Under the pieces are notes generated by a model, which was not told where the DNA came from, searched no databases, and was given only the letters and a program-made list of their open reading frames with translations. A DNA stretch of 64,000 nucleotides from the NCBI GenBank assembly GCA_049965095.1, contig JBMFWR010000003.1:5786-69785 (forward strand), in the 5' to 3' direction. The translations under genes and the position numbers were made by a program. Positions within the stretch are counted from its first letter, which is position 1. Every line of letters begins with the position of its first letter. This DNA comes from Candidatus Micrarchaeia archaeon (lineage in GTDB: Archaea > Micrarchaeota > Micrarchaeia > Micrarchaeales > Micrarchaeaceae). Shown here in pieces: positions 1 through 8,847 of this stretch.

Positions 1-498
1 TTCGGCATAGCCCTTTGTTGGGGATGTAGTGGATTCCTCGGTAAGCACTTCGCCAGGGCGCTTGTAGCCATATACGCTTGTCGTACTGCTGAATACGACA
101 TGCAAGGGCTTCTGCGAAGCTTTGTTTGCGTTAACATATGCTGAAACCATGTTCTCGGTGCCGATAACATTTGTATCTATGAGAATCTTGTACTTGTACT
201 GGTAGTTGTAATTCGCGCTGCCAAGATGGTATAAAACATCTACATCTCTGCAAGCATCAATAAGCACATCCATATCGCTTGGGTTCTTGAGGGTGAAATC
301 TCCCACGAAAGGCACGACTCCTGCGGGCAGCTTGCCCCACTCGCCACCATATTCAGGCCCTGAGGTAACCAGCACTCGAACTTCGCTGCCCATTGCCACG
401 AGTTTCCTTGCAAGGCTTATCCCGATAGGACTAGTTGCACCTGTAATGAGAACTTTCTCAGGCACATCGATGTCTTGCAATTTATTTTTTTCTGGCAT
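1..498 (-). CDS. NAD-dependent epimerase/dehydratase (extended SDR), 3' end cut by window edge
   Basis: Own translation of minus strand from ATG at 496-498: MPEKNKLQDIDVPEKVLITGATSPIGISLARKLVAMGSEVRVLV... has a Rossmann glycine motif (TGATSPIG). Later ...VVFSSTTSVYG...SPTKGYAE is typical of GalE/RmlB-like SDRs. The ORF runs off position 1. Confidence 0.7.
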   Translation of the reverse strand, partial: MPEKNKLQDIDVPEKVLITGATSPIGISLARKLVAMGSEVRVLVTSGPEYGGEWGKLPAGVVPFVGDFTLKNPSDMDVLIDACRDVDVLYHLGSANYNYQYKYKILIDTNVIGTENMVSAYVNANKASQKPLHVVFSSTTSVYGYKRPGEVLTEESTTSPTKGYAE

Positions 499-1342
499 TT
501 TCTTTACCTTCTTTGCTCTCCCCGTTCAAAAGGGCTGATGCGACCCTTTTCACCTTGCCCTCCGCAATTGTGCTTATTATATATGGAACCCAATCCTTCC
601 CATAAGGCACATAAACGCTCACATTTTGCACCTTTTTGCCAGCCAGATTCACCTTCCTTTCATAGCCTAATGGAAGTTCAAATATTAAATTACTTTTGCA
701 TTGGGGCAATGCTGCAAGCTTTTCTACCACCTTGTGGTTTTTTTCTATTATTTTAACAAAAACGCGCTTTGATACCATCCTATTTATGTATTCAGAATAG
801 GTCTTGACGATATTCTTAACATTGGGCTTTTCCACAATGCTCTTTATTGAAGTAAATCTTATCGCTACCTTGTCGCCAGCTCTGAGCATGTCTATCTCTT
901 CCGGCCTTATCTCGACGCCTATGTTGCTGTAAGTGTGCTTCAGCTTTGAGTATATCTTAAATGAAACGCCATCTATATTGCCGTTTTCGAGCCATAAAGT
1001 ACCATTTCCTTCCTTTATTGAATCCAGTATCTTGCCAAGGTTCCTAAGTGCTTCGTCTGTGCTGATATTGTATCCTACTTGGCCAGGTCTAACCGATATG
1101 TCAGCATTGAGATGAAGCCTGTAAAGTTCCCTTGCAAGCTGTATGTATGCGGTGGTATTATAGCGCGCCTTCAGCTGGTCTGTAGTATGCTCGTTCAGGA
1201 ATGTTATCGTAGAAAGCATGCCGCTTCCATTGAGGCTGCGCACCGCATCGAGAGCCGAGCTGGTAGTAAAACCTGCAAGGTGCTTTTTTGCAAGATGAAA
1301 TGCAAGCTTCTTTATTATATTGTCTTCGGCCATTGGAACCAT
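482..1342 (-). CDS. proline dehydrogenase family protein (divergent)
   Basis: 286 aa. The C-terminal pattern ...FELPLGY...VSVYVPYGKDWVPY... resembles the monofunctional PRODH signature (LYG...VY.PYG.dW..Y). The usual RRL.E tail is not conserved. Overlaps the downstream SDR gene by 17 nt. Confidence 0.5.
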   Translation of the reverse strand: MVPMAEDNIIKKLAFHLAKKHLAGFTTSSALDAVRSLNGSGMLSTITFLNEHTTDQLKARYNTTAYIQLARELYRLHLNADISVRPGQVGYNISTDEALRNLGKILDSIKEGNGTLWLENGNIDGVSFKIYSKLKHTYSNIGVEIRPEEIDMLRAGDKVAIRFTSIKSIVEKPNVKNIVKTYSEYINRMVSKRVFVKIIEKNHKVVEKLAALPQCKSNLIFELPLGYERKVNLAGKKVQNVSVYVPYGKDWVPYIISTIAEGKVKRVASALLNGESKEGKENARKK

Positions 1343-1452
1343 TTGCAGGCAATAGGATTTACTATTATGCCGTATATAAATGCAAAAGAAGGTATTAATA
1401 TTTGAGTGAAAACCTATAATAAATGCATTTTCATATTGATAACAGTGGTAGC

Positions 1453-2061
1453 ATGCTCAATTATGGCCTTGAAGAGGGGAGAGCGCTTGTGAAAGCGGCA
1501 AGAAATGCAATAGAGCTCAATATAATGAATCCACACTTTCAAAAGAACATTGTAGAGGATAGCATAAGCCACATAAAAGGCAAGCATGGGGTATTTGTTA
1601 CCATAGAACATTATCCAACAATGTCTCTGCGCGGCTGCATTGGCTTCCCACGGGCATCGCAGGAAACGAGCAAGCTGCTTGTTGAAGCTGCGCTCTCCGC
1701 AGCATTTGACGATCCAAGATTTATGCCATTGTCAAAAAACGAGCTAGACCAGGTAATAATAGAGGTAAGCATACTCTCAGACCCTGAAGAGCTTCCAAAA
1801 AGTCAGAAGAAGAGGCTAGGTAGCATTGTTGTCGGGAGAGATGGCCTTATTATAGAATATGGTTTCTACAGTGGCCTTCTGCTGCCAATAGTGCCGGTGG
1901 AGCAGGGCTGGACGAAGGAGCAGTTCCTTGAAGAGGTATGCGAAAAAGCGGGCTTGCCGCGAAGCTATTGGAAAAGGGAGGATGTTAAGCTTTATAAATT
2001 TGAGACCCAAATATTTAGAGAAAAGGAGCCGCGTGGCGAAGTTGAGGAAGTGCTGCTTTAA
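1453..2061 (+). CDS. AMMECR1 domain protein
   Basis: Motifs RGCIGF, AAFDDPRF and GLLLP..V are characteristic of AMMECR1. Start chosen at ATG 1453 (MLNYGLEEG...); the longer ORF begins at 1423. Confidence 0.85.
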   Translation: MLNYGLEEGRALVKAARNAIELNIMNPHFQKNIVEDSISHIKGKHGVFVTIEHYPTMSLRGCIGFPRASQETSKLLVEAALSAAFDDPRFMPLSKNELDQVIIEVSILSDPEELPKSQKKRLGSIVVGRDGLIIEYGFYSGLLLPIVPVEQGWTKEQFLEEVCEKAGLPRSYWKREDVKLYKFETQIFREKEPRGEVEEVLL

Positions 2062-2062
2062 T

Positions 2063-2172
2063 GGGCTTGTAGCTTAGCCTGGTTGGAGCGCCCGACTGAT
2101 ATGGCTTGCGCATTCAAATTCGTTAAGTGCGCAGAAATCGGGAGGTCGAGAGTTCAAATCTCTCCAGGCCCA
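2063..2172 (+). tRNA. tRNA-Ile (anticodon GAU) with canonical 35-nt intron after position 37 (about 2102..2136)
   Basis: Acceptor GGGCTTG/CAGGCCC plus discriminator A. D stem GCTT/GAGC. Anticodon stem CCCGA/TCGGG, with loop CTGATA+A once the insert TGGCTTGCGCATTCAAATTCGTTAAGTGCGCAGA is removed. T arm GAGAG-TTCAAAT-CTCTC. Mature length 75 nt. Confidence 0.85.
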
Positions 2173-2317
2173 TTTTCATTTGAATTATACAAACTCTGCA
2201 GAGGAACTATACAGAGGCAAACTTTAAAAGAAGGTAGCAGTTTAATATTAACGCATGATTTTGAACTGCGCTTATGCTTAAAAATTTATACCTGATGCTA
2301 CCTATATATATGATTAA

Positions 2318-2725
2318 ATGCTCGAACAAGAGTTGAAATCCTTTTCAATAAGCACCTTGATAAGTAAACTGCACAAAGCAGTACTTTTTATATCAAAGGA
2401 AGCTAGCGAAGTCTCTAAGAAAAATAATGAGATAAGCTTTTACGACATTAGGGAACTTAGAGACCATATAACAGAAAGGCTCAATTCCAAAGAGGACATA
2501 GAGGACAAAGAAAAGCTGCTCAAACTGCTTAATCTTTTTGCGACAGACAAGGAGGTAATAGAGTTTATGAAGGACGAGACGGAGGAATGGGCAAAGCTGC
2601 TCCAGGCAATAGAGGAAAGTCTCATAAGGAAGCAGGAGGGCTTAACCAATGAAGAAAAGCTTGAGATAGAAGAGATAGTAAAGCTTACAAGGGACATACG
2701 TGGGGTAATGAGAAAAGAAGAATAA
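2318..2725 (+). CDS. hypothetical acidic helical protein
   Basis: 135-aa ORF, K/E-rich with helical heptad-like composition. No recognisable motif. Confidence 0.45.
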   Translation: MLEQELKSFSISTLISKLHKAVLFISKEASEVSKKNNEISFYDIRELRDHITERLNSKEDIEDKEKLLKLLNLFATDKEVIEFMKDETEEWAKLLQAIEESLIRKQEGLTNEEKLEIEEIVKLTRDIRGVMRKEE

Positions 2726-2748
2726 TAATCATACTGACATCCTCCCAA

Positions 2749-2811
2749 CCTTCAACGAAGTTGAGGGAATTCTTTTAAGTATTAAAAAAGGAATGCGGGA
2801 TTCACCCCGCA
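2749..2811. terminator. two hairpins between convergent genes
   Basis: CCTTCAAC-GAA-GTTGAGGG (2749..2767, followed by TTCTTTT) and TGCGGG-ATTCAC-CCCGCA (2794..2811). They lie in the 113-nt spacer between convergent ORFs. Confidence 0.3.
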
Positions 2812-2838
2812 CCACTTAAGGAAAGATAAAGAATTGAT

Positions 2839-5145
2839 TTATGCCATTGGCGGCGGCGGTGGCTGTGTTATATCCTGTGAGATGCTGCTAGTCTGCGTTA
2901 TCTGGGGGCTGCTAGTGCCGCTGGTTGACGCTGCTGAAGGTGTGCTTGGCGGGGTTATCTTTTTCTTCTGTTCCTCTTCAAACTTCTTTAGCCTCTCGAG
3001 CATGTCAAGGTATGCATCTGGCCAGAATGTGCCGTCTTTTATGTATAATTCAGCTTCCATTTTGCTTAGTTCTGAATCAGAATAATTCAATTCTGATTGC
3101 TTGTGCTTTGCAAAAGAGGTCAGCTCCTCGCGCCATACTACTTCAAGCTCTTCTATTGTTGCGTTCTCTGAACGCTTCAGAAATGCTTCGGCTTCGCTTT
3201 TGTCGAGCACATTCTGGCTCTGGAGCCACATCTTGTTTATTTCATTCCACACTTTGAAAGCATTCGCCAATGTAGCTGTGCTTTTGTTCTTTTCAAGTTC
3301 TTTAAGGCCATTGTCTATGCTGACATTGCTAATATTTGCATCACTCTTGAGCTTGTTCCAGTAGGCCTTAGCTTCGTCTATCCACCTTTCATCTACATGC
3401 TGGCTTCCATCTATCTTGAATTGGGGCTTTTGAGTCTCATGCATGATTGTCGCATTGCCTGTAGATGTGCTTGTGCCAGTACCTTTCTCAGCAAGAGATT
3501 GCTTTGAGGCTCCAAGAGCATTGCCTACCAAGCCATTACTTTCAGCTATCTTGACAAGCTTCTCCGCATTCAACCCTTTCACCAATTGAATCGCACTTCC
3601 AAGGTTACCTTTGCTTAGGTATAATGTATTGTTTACTTCTGCAATTATCTCAGCCAAGAAAAGGCCAGAAAGCGCTTTGGTTAATCCTGCTTCCACGCCA
3701 TTAAGTTTTGCCAATTCTTTTGCATCTTCATTAACTAAAGCTTTGTATGCCTCATCCCCTGTTTTCCCGTTTACGATTACCTTAGCAGTATCGCGGTGGT
3801 AAGGGCTACTCACATCCTTTATGTGCTTTTGGTATCTTTCAAAATGCTCCAAAGCGGTCTGAAAGTCTAAGGCAAAATCGAATTTCACCTTAGACGAATT
3901 TTTGCTAATCGCATCTGCTTCTTTATGATACTTGTTGAAACTCTCTATGTCGCCATTTTCCAAAAGTTTGGTAAAAGAATCATTGAAAAATGAAAGCGCT
4001 TCTTTTGCGGCACTTTCTACGATTTCTTTATTTAATAAACCCTCGTTTTTACCGCCAAACATTTTGATAAAATTGGATATTTCAGTTTCTGCGCCATTTA
4101 TGGCTTCAAGCTGTCTATCTATCAATTTTATTTCATTTTTATATTTGTAATCGATGGATTTTCTCTTTTCCTCAAGTTCTAACGCAATTTGCTGGGTTAA
4201 CGCCTTTGTCTCTGGCAGATCTTTTAGATTGTCTTCCAATTTCTTTATTTGTGCTTCTAGATCAGGACGTTTCACATCAAGGTCCTTCAATTCCAACTGC
4301 AAATTATTCGCATCTCTATTGAGTTTAGATATATTGCCATTAGTAAGATCGATGGCTTCATTTATAAGGTCCTGAGGGCTTTTGCTGTAAAGGTTACCGT
4401 GACTCTCAGCCGTATACTTCTGGGCATTGTATTGAAAGTTTATTTCATCATATTTCTTCTTTAAGTCTGAGAAGCTTATAGAAGAGTTGTACTCTTTTAT
4501 GGATTTTTCCAGATTGATGATGCTTTCAACAGGCACCTTGCCCTCATTTATGAGCTCCAGATAAGAATAAACTGATAGATTCATACCTTTGGAGCCATTT
4601 TTCAAACTGGTAATAGCGCCAGTACTGCTATCCACCCAATAACTCGACAAAAGGCTATAAATTGATAGGTCTTTTGCATAGCCCATTATTTTAGAATTAA
4701 TTTCTGCAATTTTTGCTTCCTTTTCCTCTTTTTCGTCTTGCAGCTTGCTCAACTTCTCTTTTATATCATCAATCTCGGATTTTATGTGTTTCTTTTCTGC
4801 TTCTCCTTTCTCCTTGATTTCTTCATTTCTTTTATCATTCTCTTTTTTCAGCTTTTCGATTTCTTCTTCATACTGAGAATCAATGCCACTCTTCTGTTTT
4901 TCCATTTTAGATTTGGCTGCTTTATAAAAATTTTCTAAATCATGCAGTTTGTCTGCCATTGATTTAAGGTTTTTAAACTCCTCCACTACTTCCTTAATAA
5001 ATGTCTTCCCTTGCTGGTTCTCCTTAGTAGTAAAGCTGCCCCATGTAGGATTATAAGTTCCTTGTTTACTCACCATAATATCACTAATTTCATAATGAAT
5101 TAGGTAATATTTATAGGTTTTGAAAACAGCATTTTCCATTGGCAT
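2839..5145 (-). CDS. hypothetical large coiled-coil protein with Pro/Ser/Thr-rich C-terminal tail
   Basis: 768-aa uninterrupted ORF. Long K/E-rich heptad stretches (EEIEKLKKENDKRNEEIKEKGEAEKK...). No signal peptide, TM segment or NTPase motif seen. The tail is ...TPPSTPSAASTSGTSSPQITQTSSISQDITQPPPPPMA. Confidence 0.7.
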   Translation of the reverse strand: MPMENAVFKTYKYYLIHYEISDIMVSKQGTYNPTWGSFTTKENQQGKTFIKEVVEEFKNLKSMADKLHDLENFYKAAKSKMEKQKSGIDSQYEEEIEKLKKENDKRNEEIKEKGEAEKKHIKSEIDDIKEKLSKLQDEKEEKEAKIAEINSKIMGYAKDLSIYSLLSSYWVDSSTGAITSLKNGSKGMNLSVYSYLELINEGKVPVESIINLEKSIKEYNSSISFSDLKKKYDEINFQYNAQKYTAESHGNLYSKSPQDLINEAIDLTNGNISKLNRDANNLQLELKDLDVKRPDLEAQIKKLEDNLKDLPETKALTQQIALELEEKRKSIDYKYKNEIKLIDRQLEAINGAETEISNFIKMFGGKNEGLLNKEIVESAAKEALSFFNDSFTKLLENGDIESFNKYHKEADAISKNSSKVKFDFALDFQTALEHFERYQKHIKDVSSPYHRDTAKVIVNGKTGDEAYKALVNEDAKELAKLNGVEAGLTKALSGLFLAEIIAEVNNTLYLSKGNLGSAIQLVKGLNAEKLVKIAESNGLVGNALGASKQSLAEKGTGTSTSTGNATIMHETQKPQFKIDGSQHVDERWIDEAKAYWNKLKSDANISNVSIDNGLKELEKNKSTATLANAFKVWNEINKMWLQSQNVLDKSEAEAFLKRSENATIEELEVVWREELTSFAKHKQSELNYSDSELSKMEAELYIKDGTFWPDAYLDMLERLKKFEEEQKKKITPPSTPSAASTSGTSSPQITQTSSISQDITQPPPPPMA

Positions 5146-5300
5146 GTTTTAAAAATATGTCAAATATGTTGTTTTCGCAAATATCCAATCTACACAAAGG
5201 AAGTTAATCACAGCTATTCTCTGCACTAATTATCGCTTGCAGCTTCCTTGTTGGCTAGCATGCCCAATGCGACTACATATAGAACTGGCACGAATAGCTT

Positions 5301-7265
5301 TCAGCGCAGCCTTATCGAATCCAGGTTCATTGGCGCCCTTGCTTCAACGTGGAACGATCTGCTTATTGACCTTGCAAGATCCTCGCACTTCTGCTCTTCG
5401 CCATGCATTGTAAACACGCTTTTTGGCCTTGGCCTTAGATTTTCCATAAAGCTCATGAGCTGGCGCCTGTCGCTGTGACCCGAGAAGCCTTCCACTGTCT
5501 GTATATTGAGGTTTACTTTTACGGGCTGCAGCTTGCCCTCCTCATCAGGAAGAGGAACTTCCTTGAGGCCATTCTGGAGACGCCTGCCCAAGGAGTTTGC
5601 ACTGTTGTAGCCAACAAATATCATCGTGTTCTTCGGATCCTCGGCAAGCATACGGAAGTAATCAAGGCTAGCGCCGCCGTTTAGCATTCCGCCGCTTGCC
5701 AGTATGATTGCTGGGCCACGCTCGTTTATCTCTGAGCGCTCGCCTTTTATCACTTCGAATATCTCGCTTTCGAACGGCGACCTGTTATTGAGTATCCTGT
5801 TCTTCAGGCTTTCCTTAAGGTATTCCGGATAAGCAGTATGTATCGCGCTTGCTTCAAGTATCATGCCGTCAAGGAATACTGGAACGTCCATCTTGTATTT
5901 AGGGTTGCTTGTTATGTAGTTCTCAAGTATGAGCTGTACATCCTGGCTTCTACCCACTGCGAAAAGCGGTATCAGCACCTTGCCGTTGTTGTCTATTGTC
6001 CTTTTGATAACGTCCATGAGCTCTATTTCGGCGTCGTTCCTGTTCTGGGTTATGTCGTTTGCACCGCCATATGTGCTCTCTATAAACAACGAATCTATTC
6101 TAGGATATTTGGTGCTGGCAGGATCAAAAAGCCTTGTATAACCATATTTCATGTCTCCAGTATGAACTATGTTGTAAAGACCTTCACCGACATGAAGGTG
6201 CACTATTGCGCTGCCAAGTATGTGCCCTGCATTATGATAGGTAAGCTTTAGCTCGTCCGTTATGTTCGTTACTTCGTCATAATCCCTTGTAACCATATGC
6301 GTAAGCATCTTCCTTACGTCTTTTTCATCGTAAAGAGGGGTGCCTCCGTTTCTTTGTACCAACTTTACATAATCATTGAGTAGCAAGGCTGCCAGATCCC
6401 TTGTTGGAGGTGTGCAGTATACAGGCCCTTCGTAGCCGAACTTGTACAGGTAGGGTATGAAGCCAAGGTGGTCCATGTGTGCATGTGTAAGCACTACGGC
6501 ATCGAGCTCGTTTATGGAAATGTTTGCATTCTCAAGGTATGGAAAAGCTTTGTTGACACCTGAATCGCTGTTGGCGTCAAGCCCTTTTATCGATGGCTCT
6601 GGGCTCAGGCCACAATCTATTATCACTTTAGAGTTTGGAGTTTCTAAAAGCAGCGTGCTTCTGCCAACCTCACGAAAGCCACCAAGTGCGGTTGCCTTGA
6701 GCCATTCGCTCTTCATTATTACCTTGTTCACATTCTTGCCGACGCTTAGCAGAAACTTTTTCCTGAAATCTGCTTCGCTGAAAAGAAGCTGCCTCAAGCC
6801 TTTTATGGTCTCGCTGTTCATTGTGGGTGTCCTCAAAACCTTTGGCGTCCAGTTAGTCTGGACCGCTATAGATTTGAGTACTGAGCCACCTTTTCCTATT
6901 ACTAGGCCTGGCTTTAGCGCCTCTATGTACACTTCTGAGAATTCTGGCACGAATTTTATGCTTGCCACAACAGCCTCTTTCGGTATGAGCGAGTTTATTA
7001 CTTCAAGGGCCTTTTCGGGCTCCATAAGCGAAGAGCTGTCGCTCCTTATTATCAGCTTCTTCTTGATTGCAGATGCCGCGTTCCTTATTATGGAATCATT
7101 CTCGTAAAGCGGCTTGGGGTTTTTCATATATACTACAATATCTGGCCCCTCAAATTCCACCTTTACGAAGTTGACGCTGTCGGGCAACATAGAACGTATC
7201 TTTTCAGAAAGCTCTTCGAGCTTTGCCTTGCCGTTATTATTTGCATCAGTGCTTTTTGTCTCCAA
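5301..7265 (-). CDS. aCPSF1-type beta-CASP ribonuclease (KH domains + metallo-beta-lactamase; archaeal termination factor family)
   Basis: 654 aa. N-terminal KH-like region (VIGKGGSVLKSI), MBL motif THAHMDHLG, beta-CASP region, and C-terminal ...GFSGHSDRRQL...MHGE. TTG start as given by the ORF track. Confidence 0.9.
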   Translation of the reverse strand: METKSTDANNNGKAKLEELSEKIRSMLPDSVNFVKVEFEGPDIVVYMKNPKPLYENDSIIRNAASAIKKKLIIRSDSSSLMEPEKALEVINSLIPKEAVVASIKFVPEFSEVYIEALKPGLVIGKGGSVLKSIAVQTNWTPKVLRTPTMNSETIKGLRQLLFSEADFRKKFLLSVGKNVNKVIMKSEWLKATALGGFREVGRSTLLLETPNSKVIIDCGLSPEPSIKGLDANSDSGVNKAFPYLENANISINELDAVVLTHAHMDHLGFIPYLYKFGYEGPVYCTPPTRDLAALLLNDYVKLVQRNGGTPLYDEKDVRKMLTHMVTRDYDEVTNITDELKLTYHNAGHILGSAIVHLHVGEGLYNIVHTGDMKYGYTRLFDPASTKYPRIDSLFIESTYGGANDITQNRNDAEIELMDVIKRTIDNNGKVLIPLFAVGRSQDVQLILENYITSNPKYKMDVPVFLDGMILEASAIHTAYPEYLKESLKNRILNNRSPFESEIFEVIKGERSEINERGPAIILASGGMLNGGASLDYFRMLAEDPKNTMIFVGYNSANSLGRRLQNGLKEVPLPDEEGKLQPVKVNLNIQTVEGFSGHSDRRQLMSFMENLRPRPKSVFTMHGEEQKCEDLARSISRSFHVEARAPMNLDSIRLR

Positions 7266-7316
7266 TGAACCACTGCTTAAAGATCAGCCAAATTTAAAGA
7301 CAGGAATAAAAAATAA

Positions 7317-7955
7317 TTATTTTGCCGCAAGAATCTTCTCAAGATCCTTGCTTGTGTATTCTGTATAGCCTTCCTTTGTTATAGTCGCAATTATCATGTT
7401 GTCGCCAGTGGCAGAATCCCTGCGCATTGCTATCGCAAGGGCGCGTGCCACCCCTTTTATTGCTTCCTTTGTTGTTATGCCCTTTTTGTACATATCCTCT
7501 AGGTAGCCAAGTGCTGTAAGCGAACCAGAGCCGGTCGCAGTGAATTTCGTATCTTCAGAATACCCACCGAAAAAGTCCATATCGTAAAGCTGTGGAGTAT
7601 CTCCATCAAGGCCAGCAACTATAAGCTGCACAAAAAATGGCATCATCTTGTTCTCTTGAAGTATTATTGAAAGTAATGAGGCCGCGGATTTTGGTGACAT
7701 GGGTCTGCCCTCGTTCATCCTGTAAAGCTCGCTCTGCGCCTTGAGTATCCTTATTATTTCCTGCGCATCGCCAACAGACCCTGCAATTGTCATGCCAAGA
7801 TTATCACTTATCTTCCATACCTTCCTTGCCTCTGATGAAGCGATAAATGTGTCCATTGTAGCACGAGTATCTGCTCCAATAACTATGCCGTCGCTGCATA
7901 TCATACCTATTGTTGTTGTCCCTTTCATTATCTTAGAATAATCCATCTTATCCAT
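7317..7955 (-). CDS. psmB: proteasome subunit beta
   Basis: Short propeptide then GTTTIGMICSDGIVIGADTRAT (catalytic Thr). 212 aa. Confidence 0.9.
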   Translation of the reverse strand: MDKMDYSKIMKGTTTIGMICSDGIVIGADTRATMDTFIASSEARKVWKISDNLGMTIAGSVGDAQEIIRILKAQSELYRMNEGRPMSPKSAASLLSIILQENKMMPFFVQLIVAGLDGDTPQLYDMDFFGGYSEDTKFTATGSGSLTALGYLEDMYKKGITTKEAIKGVARALAIAMRRDSATGDNMIIATITKEGYTEYTSKDLEKILAAK

Positions 7956-8077
7956 CTATACACCCTAAATACAAAGCTCAGCACAAGCAAAAGCAAATTC
8001 TAGTCGCCACAAAAGAAAGGAATCATATAATATTTAACCAATAATTATATAAGGTTTTCTTTTGCACGTGTTGCCTG

Positions 8078-8347
8078 CTAGGCCGTAATTGTCAGGTCAA
8101 GCAGGCTGCCATTTCCTACGTACTTACCGCTATTATCGCTAAGCTCAGCGTAAGCGAAAGTCCTGTGCAGCTTTGTTATTTTCACCTTGTACTTGTTCCC
8201 AATGCGAGTTTTCGCATTTTGGACAAACACTGTTATTTCGCCAATCCTGCCGATACCTTCACCGTGGGCTCCCTTTGCATCCACCCTCAGTTCATACTCT
8301 ATTCCTTCCTCTATGCTTTCACCCATCATCCAAACACCTCTGGTCAT
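8078..8347 (-). CDS. TRAM domain protein
   Basis: 89 aa. ...YELRVDAKGAHGEGIGRIGEITVFVQNAKTRIGNKYKVKITKLHRTFAYAEL matches the stand-alone archaeal TRAM pattern. Confidence 0.75.
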   Translation of the reverse strand: MTRGVWMMGESIEEGIEYELRVDAKGAHGEGIGRIGEITVFVQNAKTRIGNKYKVKITKLHRTFAYAELSDNSGKYVGNGSLLDLTITA

Positions 8348-8426
8348 TTATAAAATCTAAAATTAGCTTTTTAAGCTTATTCTACAAAAACCTAAAATTT
8401 AGGCATTTGGCTAAATGCACCGAAAA

Positions 8427-8843
8427 TCATCGCCTTGCCTTTGTTGTTTTCTGATTTATTGGCTTCGCAAATAAATAGAGTATAATTGCAAGGATCAATG
8501 CAATCAAGGCTAGTGCAGCAACGGCTTCGCTCCTATATCTGTATATTGCATAAAGCTGCTGTGCTGCACTATCATGGGCTTTTTCAAGCATCGCCTCTGC
8601 TTCTTTGGGATTGCTTGCAGAAAGGTTCTTCGCTTTGTTTATATAGTAATAAGCGCCTGAAAGGTTTGGGTAGAATATTATGTATGCGCTTTTGTTTACC
8701 ATGTTTACATATGCCACAGTGGCGTTTATCTGATTGTTTATACTGGAATTGGCATACTGACCACTGCTAACCAAAGGCAAAAAAACAAAAACGGCAAGCG
8801 CCAATACAAGAAAAGGCGCTGCCGCAAGCCTTCTAAAGCGCAT
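8427..8843 (-). CDS. hypothetical secreted/membrane-anchored protein
   Basis: Start set at ATG 8843 (MRFRRLAAAPFLVLALAVFVFLPLVSSG = signal-like). C-terminal TM AVAALALIALILAIILYLF. Confidence 0.5.
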   Translation of the reverse strand: MRFRRLAAAPFLVLALAVFVFLPLVSSGQYANSSINNQINATVAYVNMVNKSAYIIFYPNLSGAYYYINKAKNLSASNPKEAEAMLEKAHDSAAQQLYAIYRYRSEAVAALALIALILAIILYLFAKPINQKTTKARR

Positions 8844-8847
8844 GCGC

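Noticed and set aside
2083-2295. 70-aa ORF downstream of AMMECR1
   Set aside because: Its 5' part is the tRNA-Ile gene, so the ORF is a by-product of the tRNA sequence.
6457-7107. Long antisense ORFs opposite strongly supported genes (e.g. 6457..7107, 9566..9991, 14358..14918, 33007..33438, 49482..50054, 52474..53082, 54591..55124, 56019..56630)
   Set aside because: Each lies fully inside a gene with clear family motifs on the other strand. Their translations are low-complexity S/L/F/C-rich shadow frames.
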